Shown here: positions 49,661 to 60,000 of the stretch, piece by piece
Numbering within the stretch: position 1 is the stretch's first letter
How the letters are laid out: each line of letters starts with the position of its first letter
Assembly: GCF_018977255.1 (NCBI RefSeq)
Contig: NW_024704743.1
Span: 28,894,001 to 28,954,000, forward strand
Direction: 5' to 3'
From: Callorhinchus milii
Lineage: Eukaryota
Length of the DNA: 60,000 bases
Position numbers and translations under genes: made by a program
The notes under the pieces: model-generated
Seen by the model: only the letters and a program-made list of their open reading frames with translations
What the model was told of the DNA's origin: nothing
Databases searched by the model: none

Positions 49661-51269
49661 TCCACGGCAGAAGCCAACTTTACTATTGTTGCTCCCATTC
49701 CAATCAAGATCAGTTAATTCAGCACAGACCAACTAATGACTTCTCTGCAGTGTACAGTTCAGGTTTACACAAGGCAGTGGCTTTACCAATTGGCCTATCA
49801 CTTCCAATTGCAATTTACTAATTCACTTTAAATGTGGGCTAGACTTGTGCAGGATGATGTATGTGCTTCAGTAAATCTGTCTGTTAATGGTTCAGATTAC
49901 ATGTTTTTGTTTTACCACATGCTACATGTGCCCTGAGGACGTGGACACAGGTGCTATGACAGCGTTTCTATCAAAACTGTGAGTAAAATTGCTCCGGTTA
50001 TCTATCAGTTTATACTGAAGGCACATTGCTAATTTATTTGTTAAAGAACTGTTTAACGACTAATCCCATGAGCAAGCAACTTAATAACAAGAAAGTCTTG
50101 AGGGGTTTCACAGCATCATGTTCACTACTACAAAAATCTTGTAGCACAGCCCCGATGATTGAATGTTTGCTCTGTACCCAAAATAGAAAGCCTTTTTAAT
50201 GCTGTTGTTGTGGGAATTCTATTATACTGAAGGTGGCAAATGTTCTTTTGTTCTTCATGCTGGGCTTCCAAACATTTAACCCTCTGAACTAAAAGAGCGT
50301 GAAATAACTGACTTATGAATTTAACCGGCTGCACTTTATAGTAGGTCTCACTAACCAAGAAGGCAATATGAGGCATAGCCTTTAGACCCTGTTGCTACAT
50401 CCTCCGAGGACCCCTTTTTGCCCTCACCTGGCACATTGTTTTCTGTTCTGAACCTTGGTTTAGTTTGAAGTGATAACTGTGAAACAATTAATCATAGAAT
50501 TAACAGAATCATATGATCTTAAGCTTATTTGTGAGCTGCACCGCCTGATTTCATGGCAATCTACCAACAGCTGTTGCAAAAGGGACAACACAAAGCATTG
50601 CAGGGATGGAGTGAGATGGAGGGAAAAGCTCTGCCTTTGTAACTTTTCAGTGACCTGTATCATTCTTCAAAAAGAAAAACGAACAAATGTCTGCAAGAGC
50701 AAAGCTGACACCTGGATCCTCTCCCATTTGTGTTTTCAAACTACTATATATACCAAGTGTGTCACTATCTGATGATCAAGCCTGATATTTGGCACACTGA
50801 TTATACTTTAGTCCGGGGTTATCTGAAAATGCTTTGTTCCAAGTTTGTAAGACATAATCATGAGCAGCATAGACTGGTTAAACCACATTTGTGTACTGTA
50901 CACTATTTAGATTTGTATTATGGGCAGGGTGAATGACACAATAAAAAGAGGCTGAAGTCATTTGGAGGGAGCTGGACTGAGTTAGCAGTGTCCCCAGTAG
51001 AAAAGGCTTGTGAGTTGAGGGTTCATTCACATCGCTTTCTTACACAGACTTCTACTGCTGGCAATAGAATGGCACAAGAAATCAGAGAAAGTTTTATTTT
51101 TATCATTACTCTCCCCTTCCTAAGTACTGTACTGACCTTCTTATACATCTCTGTTTTAGAGAGGTTTCACAAACACTTAAAAAGCTGAGTAAGATAAAGT
51201 TGAAGAAAGATAATAGACTAAGAAATGCAAGTTAGGATAGGAAGGTTATGGTAAATGGTTTGGTAATTT

Positions 51270-51535
51270 ACCATTGCCCTCCGCTCCACCATTGGTGGTC
51301 ACGCATTCAGCTACTACACCCCGAAACTCTGGAACACTCTCCCTCAATAACTCCATTTTGCCCCTCGCTCCTCTTTTTCAAGTCCCGTCTGAAAAGTTTC
51401 CTTTTCGACCGTGCTTATGTCACCTCCCCACCTGCCCCCAGCACTCACAGTCAGGCTCCGCCACTGGTAAACGCTCTGAGGCCCTACCCTGCTGGATAGC
51501 ACTATATAAGTGCAAGTTGTTGTTGTTTGTTGTCG
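51270..51535 (+). mobile_element. L2 3' end
   Basis: Encodes IGGHAFSYYTPKLWNTL..FKSRLKSFLFDRAY; tail. Confidence 0.85.
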
Positions 51536-52332
51536 TTATAATGTGTTTGTCTAAAGGGCTTTTCTCTGATGCCTATCTAACTATAAAGAAATAGAGTAAA
51601 CGTTAAAGTGAGAAAAATCAGGATTCTTTCAACAAGTCCAGTTTTGGTTGTGGGATCTACAAAGTAATATGACAAAGCAGAGTGCGATCAGTTTTTGGAG
51701 TCTTAAACAGAGTAACTTGTAGATATCAGGAAGATATAAACTGCGTGAGGGATGCTATATAAATGCAAGTTGTTGTTGTTATATCAATGTCTGGACAAGT
51801 AACAGTGACAGTGGAGAAGGGGGTTACACTAGTATTGAATCTTCAAATGTCAAATGTATCTAATTCTGGGAGAGGGTAAGAATGACTACACTGGTGATAT
51901 ATCCTTTGTTCCATGGTCGTCCGGTTCAGTGCTGGTTAGGTTAACACTGCTTTGTGATGGGTTTGATGATGTGGTGATATTGTCATCTATTCCCTGGTAC
52001 TCTTGTGCTGGAGGGGACGGGAGCAATGACACATGACCTCTGATCCCTGGTAGTCCAGTGCTGAAAGGGTTACACTGCTTTGCGATGGCACCATGTTGAT
52101 AGGATCTCAGGAGGAGGTACATGCCATTTTGTGTTTTAGTGGAGATGTTTGGAGCATCATTGTACTGATGCGCCTTCACATATCAGGTATTCCATTGGGA
52201 ATCTTGGGAATGGGATACTCCAGTCGAATGGAAATGGGATACTGCATCTTCTTGCTGGCATAGATGTAACTTGCACCTAACCATCATTTTTAACAGAGGA
52301 AGAAACTCCTACACTAACAAATATTTGTGTAT

Positions 52333-52770
52333 AATCATAATAATCCTTACATTTGATTTTGCAAATATGCCATTGGAATACCCCAAATCGGTTCCCAGAG
52401 TTTTCCTGTAAAGTGTAGTGACTGTATATTTTTATAGGGAAATACAACAGCCAATTTGCACACAGCAATGTGCCAACCGCCATGAAGTGAATGACAAATT
52501 TGATCTGGGGGTTTGTTGGCCAGAACGTGGGAGAAACTCCCTTCTCTTTTTAAATAATATCATATGATCTTTAACATTTGCTAAAGAGGCAGACAGGACC
52601 TTGGTTTAATGCCTCATCTGAAGAATTGGCACCAAACAATCAAGCAGCACTCCTCCAACATTATATTGGACTGTTAGCCTAAACTAGGAACTTAAAGTCC
52701 CAGCAAAGGGCTTGAATCAACAGCTTTCTAACCTAAAGGCAAGAGTGCTACCAACCGAGCGAGACCGACA
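52333..52770 (-). mobile_element. SacSINE1-like DeuSINE
   Basis: Reverse complement: gctcggttggtagcactcttgcc head; ggcacattgctgtgtgcaaattggctg Deu core. Confidence 0.8.
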
Positions 52771-53419
52771 AACTAAGCCTTGCTGACACCTTGTGTTTCA
52801 TCTATGCTTAGAAATGTGGATAACAAGCGTGATAACATTTAATTTTTTTCTGCCTAGGATTTATACTTTGACAGATCTAAAGTTGACTCTGATCTCATGG
52901 CTTGAAATTATCCAAAACCTACCACTGTCAGCTCATGTTCTAAATATAAAGTAATGGAGTCACCAACTAGGGAATCACGTTTCTAATAAGATACAAAAGA
53001 GACCATCCATACCACAGCTGCAGTTCTGCCTATTGGCTAGGAAAACAGGCTTGTACACTTCCTGCAATAAATAATCCACATGGAATTATAGTACAAGCCA
53101 ATAAATGTTAGGTAAAGAAATGTTTTTCAAACTCTGAGTCAATATTATGCACTATAGAGCCAACCAATGGTGTTACGGTCTTTTATTTTTAGCATTTAAA
53201 ATGAGAGTGTAGAATGAGCTGCCATCATTGAAATAAATAGGGCTAAATTTTATACAAATGAAGCCTAAAGCATTTTCCATTGTCTGTGGACTTTGACTCA
53301 ATTTGCAATATGCGCCATTGTTTAATGTGCAGTGCTTGATATTTTTTATGCACATCAGGCAGTTTGCTGTCGTTTAGACTATCGGTCTGGTTGCAAAAAT
53401 GGGCTTTAAAATCTCTCTA

Positions 53420-53800
53420 TATTCTGCACCCATCCTACCCTGCTCCTCAGTAGTTACTCCTAAACCCCTACCAACCTGACCACTCCCTCCGTTCAGCGGG
53501 CTGCAGCCTGCTTCACGTTCCCCACCTCGCCCTCCCCACCATTGGCGGGTGGGCCGTTAGCCACTCTGCCCACACCTTCTGGAACTCCATCCTGCAGTCC
53601 CTCTGCCTCACCAGCTCTCTTGCCTCCTTCAAGACCCTCCACTTCAACCATGCCTTCAATTACCCTCCTTTCCCGCCACTGCCCTCCACCCTCCCGATCC
53701 CAACTCCCAGCTCGGGTCCGAAACACTGATTTTCCAGCGCCTTGGCGGACGTCCTCCCGATGTGAAAGGTGCTACACAAATGTAATTTTGTCGTTGTTGT
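53420..53800 (+). mobile_element. L2 3' end
   Basis: ccaccattggcgggtgggcc..ttctggaactccatcc..gatgtgaaaggtgctacacaaatgtaatt. Confidence 0.85.
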
Positions 53801-53863
53801 TCAGTGACAATGTTCACTGGGAAGCAACAGTCACCATATTCGATGATTCCAAAATAGTTGGCA

Positions 53864-54251
53864 ATAATAATAATACGATAATAATAATCCTTGCATTTGA
53901 TTTAGCGCCTTATCATGTTTTTGAGACGTCTTAAAGCGCTTCACTGAATATACTATAAAGTGAATTGACTGTATATTTTGTGGGTGAAACTCAGTGGCCA
54001 ATTGCACATAGTGTCCCACAAACAGTCGTGGATTGAGTGACCAAATTATTTTTAAAATTTATTTTGAAGGATTTATTACCCTCAGAAAAGTGATCTGTCA
54101 ATTGACTAATAACCAGGTTCCTACTTACCGCTAGGTAAACAGAGACGTGTGGATTAAGGAAACTTGCCCAACGTTTTGCCCTGCCAGGAATCAAACCCAG
54201 GTCCTCTCACTTGCGAGGCGAGAGCTCTAACCACTAAGCTACAGGACTCCA
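53864..54251 (-). mobile_element. Full-length tRNA-Ala(CGC)/Deu/L2 SINE (long subfamily)
   Basis: Reverse-complement head tggagtcctgtagcttagtggttagagctctcgcctcgcaagtgag; retains the ttacctagcggtaagtaggaacc segment. Confidence 0.92.
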
Positions 54252-55812
54252 GAATAATAATGATAATAATCCTTGCATTTGATATAGTGCATTTCATGTT
54301 GGGAGAACGTCACAAAATGTTTCACAGGATTTACTGTGATTTACTGATCCTATTTGTGACAAAAGAGGTAGGTAGCACAACAGTATCTCACTAAGAACCA
54401 TGAAATAAATAAACTGAATGTTGATTATTAATAGCTGAGTCTCTCGCTCATAAAGAACTGGCACATTCTTCACAAAACAAATCTTTCCAAAGTCAAAGCC
54501 CCGTTTCTTGATGTACCATGAACCTTTGCACAGTATGGGCTGAATAGCACTGACTGTGCTCCAGAAGCCCACATTTTCTCGTGGACCTAGATTAAATACT
54601 TACATTTTAATTATTGTCTTAAATTTTAAAATTGTGCACAAGTTTGCATAATTCTTCAATTCACTGTAAAGTGTACTGACTATGCATTTTGTAGGCGAAC
54701 ATGCATAATGTTTGTAGCCATGGTCTCCTTTTATTTTAGCGATGTTTGTGGTTAGTGTCCTGGATGTTTCTGTAGTTTTCTAAAGAGAAAATACATTCTG
54801 CTTTATCTAAAAATTGAAGAATGGAAAAGACTCCCATAAGAGTCTGACTGAGAGAAGTTTGTGATCGGAGGGATAATAGACAGGTTCTGACTTACTGGGA
54901 ATTGGATGAGTCTGTGGAGGAACATACAGGACTGGAAACGATTACAGTATTACTGATTCCCACTTGACTTTTCTGATAATCTGCCCCTTGAGTGCTGAAT
55001 TCCATGTACATTACTCTCAGTGCAGAGTAATTACATTTATAATGAAATCTGAACTATCTGTTCAACTTCCCTCATTTAAGCTTGTGCATATGCTCCTTGA
55101 TGTTGAATTTTTGACCATGTTAAACATTTCAGGTTAAAATTTGAGGTGCTCCTTATTTAAGACTGGCGTAAAGTGACGTAAGCCCCTGGGTGGTAACACA
55201 CATTTCCAGGCATGTGATCTCTTCCTTTCCATGCCCCAACGCTCACCATTTTTTTAAAAAATCTGAAACCGATGATTTTTGTTTTGTAAATTATTGGCTC
55301 AACCAACATATGGTTCCAAATTAGTTTTTTAAGTGCTCCGAGACACTATACAGCATGAAGGGTGCTATATAAATGCAAGTTGTTGTTGTTGTTCTTGTTT
55401 TCTTTGATATCTCTTTTCCAGTTTTGAACTGCTAAGGAGGGCAGAAGTTTTCACTCTCCTTGGCTAAATTGGACTTTTAGTGATTGTTCCTAGAGCCCAG
55501 TCTGCTCGATTGAGTAAAGGTTAGTTTTTGAGTGTGAATTCCAACTGAGGTATGAATCCCAAAAACTCAGAGTCATAGGTCTGAATCTTTGAGAACACTT
55601 AACAACAGACCCTCAAACTATCTATTGAAATTTGTGGTCTTTTATTCACAAATGTTTTATTTTATCAACAATGTGATAAGACGTTATATCAAATTCCAGG
55701 ATTACAGTATTCGTGACAATCGTTCATCTCTTTATTGACAGGTTTTAGTACTTTCATGTTTACTCTAATTTCTCATACATTTTCATACAATATGTATTAT
55801 CTATCATTGGAA

Positions 55813-56367
55813 GCAGCTTGGCTCAATGGATAGCACTCCTGCCTCTGGGTCAGAAAGTTGTGGGTTCAAGCCCTACATCAGGACCTTGAGCTCCTGCTAT
55901 GCTGATACAATAGTGCAGATTTGATTTGCCAGAGGTACTGTCTTAATCTAATTTTGTTGTTATTGTTGTTGTTGTTTTGGGTGAGATGTTAAAGAGGCAG
56001 ATGTCAAATATGGTAACCATTTGCCTGCTCAAGACGACTTTAAAAAGTACAGTCAATTCACTTTACAGTATATTCTGTGAAGCGCTTTGAAGCGTTTCGA
56101 AGACATGATAAGGTGCGATATCAAATGGAAGGATTATTATTTATTATTAAAGACCCTATGACATTATTCCAAAAGTGAAGGGAGCCAACAATCCTCCCGA
56201 TAAATTGATCATTCACTTCATGACTGTTGCAGAACATTGCTGAGCGCAACTTGTCTGCTGAGTTTGCTTACAAATGCACAGTCACTTCACTTTACAGTAA
56301 CATTTGTGAAGCATTTTCAGATTGTTTTTACATATAGGCACTATATGAAATGCAAGGATTATTATTG
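55813..56367 (+). mobile_element. SacSINE1-like DeuSINE with nested younger SINE tail (about 56045-56148)
   Basis: gcagcttggctcaatggatagcactcctgcctctgggtcagaaagttgtgggttcaag head; two successive L2-type tails. Confidence 0.78.
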
Positions 56368-58479
56368 TCAAAATTACACAAAATATCAACATTTTGTGCT
56401 GTGTTGCCATATGTAACATCAACATGCAATACATGTTTTTGTTAGCACAAATTGAGGTATCAGGAAGACTAGATAACAGAGTAGGTGGCTGGAAGTATTG
56501 ACAGAAATATGACATTCCTTTCTGCATGCTACACTGTTACAGTCATTTATGATTTGACAGTAAATGTGATTTGAAGCTTCAAATAAGCCTAACATTACTT
56601 TGTTTTCCATGGAACTGGCTGGTACAAAATCCGTGTTTCATGTCTACACTTGATGCCAGCCATAGTTAGAATAATTAGATGCTGAGAAATGATTTATGAA
56701 CATTTATGGCAAATTTATTTCGATCTAAAAAAACATTTTGGTGTTAACGAGTCAGTGTGTGCAAACTGACTACATTTCTCTTTTGAAAAGAAAGAAATAA
56801 TTAATTTTAATATATATATATATATATAAAACCAGATATACAAGAGACGTTTAGCAAAAAATAATCAGTGAGACAGCTCCCCCTTGGCAATGAGTCTTTG
56901 AATTATGTAAATAAAATGCAAATATGTCCCCCAAGATCTCATGCAAGAGTTACTCTTCCTTCTCCCCCTTCCAGGGTACCATTGTCTTTGGGTAAAGTGA
57001 AACATCCTGGTATTTGTCATGAAATAATAATAATCCTTGCATTTTATGTAGCACCTGATCATGTCGTTGAGATGTTTGAAAGTGCCTCACAGAATATATT
57101 GTAAAGTGGATTGATTGTGTATTTGTAGGTGAAACATAGAATGGAAATGGAAATTGCCCTTCACAACTCTTAAATCTATGTCTTCTTGTTCTACAGTATT
57201 GTCTTGATACATCCTAAAGTATATATCTGGGTTTCCTTTTTCAATCCCATTTGAAAATTTTATACACCTCAATAAAGTCCTCTCTGAGTCGTCTTCATCT
57301 TTTCCTGGGTGAAACCCTACTGTTGGTACTGGAGTATTGACGATTTCCTTTCTTCCGTGCAGTTCAAAGACCAGACACATTGCATGTGAAGATACGTGCT
57401 CATGTAAGCTGTCCAAACGCTACAGCAGACTTGTAAAGATGATTATACTTACCTGGGGGCTTGTTGACTGATACAGTGATTGAAAAGTTAATCGGCTTTC
57501 AGAATTGGACACCACCTTGTGTAAACCACCAAACAGGTGCAAAGCCAAACTTACAGTATTTTTATATTCAACGAAAGATCATTAACTTCACACTATGGCG
57601 TGAGAGGAGAAAACAGCTGTCTGGAGGTGTGGAAAGTAGTCTTGCTTGCCTGGCGCTCACAGCTGTATAAACAGTCAACAATCTGCAATGAAATATCCCC
57701 TGTGGGAAGCAGGAGAGAAGCAGCAAGGCAGAAGCTGAAAGGCAGTTGATTGATATGACTGGATTTCTTAGTTAACTACTTAGTAAATGTACAAATTAGT
57801 AGAAAGGAAAATGACTGTGCAGCAATGAACTCTCCCTGCAATATGTTAGGGCTTGAAAGGGCATGAATAAACAAATTGTATGGGTGGAGGTAGAGTATGA
57901 ATTTTCGAGTTAACAAGAGGGAAGTTGTTTATGTTCAGTTTCGCTAGGAAGAGGAAATAAAAGGTTCTTCTCGGTTGTTTCGTGTACTTTGAAGTGTTTG
58001 TGCTACGAGACTGAAAGGACTAAGCCAAACTTAGAAAAGAACAAAACTACAAAGGGCTAAAATGCCGATTTTACAAATTGAGTGCAGACTGTTGATGTTA
58101 CACTGTTTGAAGTCCTTTCATAATTGAAAAAGGTAAATGTTAGAAAAGGCAAACTAAAAGCTTTGGTTGTGAAAGCAAATGATCTGAAGAACTGAATAAG
58201 TTCAGGATGCATTCAGCTATGCAAATGTTTGGCATGGCTTTTTTTTGTAGATTATATTTTTCCTCAGTTTAAATAAATCTGATAGTTAGCATAATTTAGC
58301 TTTTACAACCAAAATATTTTGAAATGAGAAGTATTCTGGATTGAAATGGAAATCCATTTGACCAATGTGTATATTGACTTTAATTAATTCTAGTTAATTG
58401 ATTCTAATTAAACTAGTTAATCAGATAGTCTTGTGTATGCATTGTGTAATATTAAGTTCTAGCACTTTCCTCTGGTAAT

Positions 58480-59420
58480 GCTCAAGATAAACCTCTAGTG
58501 TTATTGGCTGCCGCCATGACTCGAGCTCCCCTACTCCCCTCCCTCCTGGTTTCCTTTCTTTTCCCAAACACCACTCCAGCCACACGACGCACAACTCCCA
58601 TTCGCTTCTCTCCTGCCACACTCACGGCCTCTTCGCCATGTTGGACCAGCACATGGCTTTCCTCTGCTCCACCCTGGGAGTCCTGCATTGAGTTCACTAT
58701 TGTTGGTTATCTCAGAGCAACCACCCCAACTGCCCCATCCCCCAATCTTGCTGCAAGGAACCTCCGGAACATCGCCCTGCTCTACCACTGTCTCACACCG
58801 CAGGCCGCTGAAACCCTCATATACGCATTCATAACATTGAGGTTTGACTATGCAAACACCCTGCTTGTTGGCTTCCCCATCTCCTCCCTCCATAGGCTGC
58901 AGATCATCCGGAACTCTGCAGCCTGTGTCCTCTCCCGCATCAGGCTCCGTGACCCTATTACCCCATCCTTGCCCGACTCCATTGGCTTCCCATCACTCAG
59001 AGGATACAGTTCAAGATCCTGGTCCTCACCTTCAAAGCCCTCCATGGTCTTGCTCCCCCCTACCGCTGCGACCTCCTAAATCCCTACCAACCTCCCCCCT
59101 CCCTCCGCTCAAAGGGGCTCCAGCCTGCTTCACGTTCCCTGCCTCGCCCCCCAACCATTGGCGAGCGGGCCTTCTGCCACTCCGCCCTCACCCTCTGGAA
59201 CTCCATCCTGCAGTCCCTCTGCATCGCCCCCTCCCTTGCTCCTTCAAGACCCATCTCAAGACCCTCCTCTTCAACCGTGCTTTCGATCACACTGCTTCCC
59301 CTCCACCCTCCCAAATCCCATCTCCCAGATTGGGTCTGAAACATTGAATGTCCAGCACCTTGGGATGCCTCTCGATGTGAAAGATGCTATACAAATATAA
59401 CTTTGTTATTTTTGTTTTTG
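58480..59420 (+). mobile_element. L2 LINE 3' portion with internal deletions
   Basis: Encodes NLRNIALLYHCLTPQAAETLIYAFITLRFDYANTLLVGFP..FKTHLKTLLFNRAF. Confidence 0.92.
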
Positions 59421-59558
59421 TTGCACAAACTACAGATTATCCAGAACTCTCCAGTGAAAGTAACATAAGCAGCGCTCTTTCTGTCTTTAAGCCTGCTTTA
59501 AATCTTAGCTCTTTAACTATGTCGATGGCCACCTCCCGCTCACTCTGCAACCGATCCT

Positions 59559-59870
59559 TGTGGAGTCCTGTAGCTCAGTGGTTAGCGCACTCGCTTTGCA
59601 AGCGAGAGACCTGAGTTCAATTCCAGGCAGGGCGAAACCTTGGGCAAGTTTCCTTACTCTACACGCCAAATAATAATCCCCCCAAAACAAAAAACAATAA
59701 TAAATTGGTCATTTTCAATCTACGACTGTTTGTGGGACATTGCTGTGCGCAATTGGCTGCTGCGTTCACCCACAAATATACAGTCAATTCACTTTACAGC
59801 GTGTTCTGTGAAGGGCTTTGGGAAGTCCTCTCGACGTGAAAAGTGCTATATCAAATGCAAGGATTATTTA
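59559..59870 (+). mobile_element. Young full-length tRNA-Ala(TGC)/Deu/L2 SINE with possible atcct TSD
   Basis: A box TAGCTCAGTGG, B box GAGTTCAATTCC; atcct at 59554-59558 and 59871-59875. Confidence 0.95.
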
Positions 59871-60000
59871 ATCCTGTCCCCATAAATCTCTTCGAGACGT
59901 TACCCTACATGAATGGTACCCTATCAATGCAGGTTGTTGTTGTATACATCTTGGAGCACTTGGAGTAGTTATACACACAAAGACTAGCTAATGCTCCCAG

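Noticed and set aside
57445..57456. U1 snRNA 5' end (ATACTTACCTGG)
   Set aside because: Only 12 nt match and the rest of U1 is absent. It is simply the complement of a consensus 5' splice site.
59559..59635. tRNA-Ala(TGC) gene (also at 34160 and 48407)
   Set aside because: It has A/B boxes and an anticodon arm but no proper acceptor stem, and it continues into the SINE body. It is a SINE head.

Overview
Eukaryotic (vertebrate) genomic DNA, AT-rich and dense in transposable elements. The repeat mix suggests a cartilaginous fish, probably a holocephalan such as Callorhinchus; this is an inference. The mix comprises tRNA-Ala/Deu/L2-tailed SINEs, SacSINE1-like DeuSINEs, L2 and CR1 LINE fragments, and Penelope. 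I found no intact, nameable protein-coding gene. Main landmarks: (1) a fragmented Tigger/pogo (JRK/TIGD-like) transposase fossil at 0.13-2.43 kb, split by Penelope and SINE insertions. (2) A G/C-skewed minisatellite at 3.26-3.83 kb. It abuts a CpG-island promoter (3.83-4.52 kb) with a CLEAR/E-box palindrome, CRE half-sites, GC boxes and a probable minus-strand first exon whose gene runs off the left edge. (3) A chain of phase-compatible, splice-bounded minus-strand exons at about 26.6-42 kb that encodes an unrecognised protein but carries premature stops, i.e. a candidate unitary pseudogene. (4) Dozens of LINE/SINE/MITE fragments with informative nesting and target-site duplications (TSDs). 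Most ORFs in the supplied track are LINE fragments, repeat artefacts or chance. Family names come from recognising motifs by eye, not from database searches, and element boundaries are approximate. I cannot claim a new biological system. The best leads are the degenerate multi-exon gene, a degenerate non-TE ORF at 8.6-9.1 kb, and a head-tail-fused mini-SINE.
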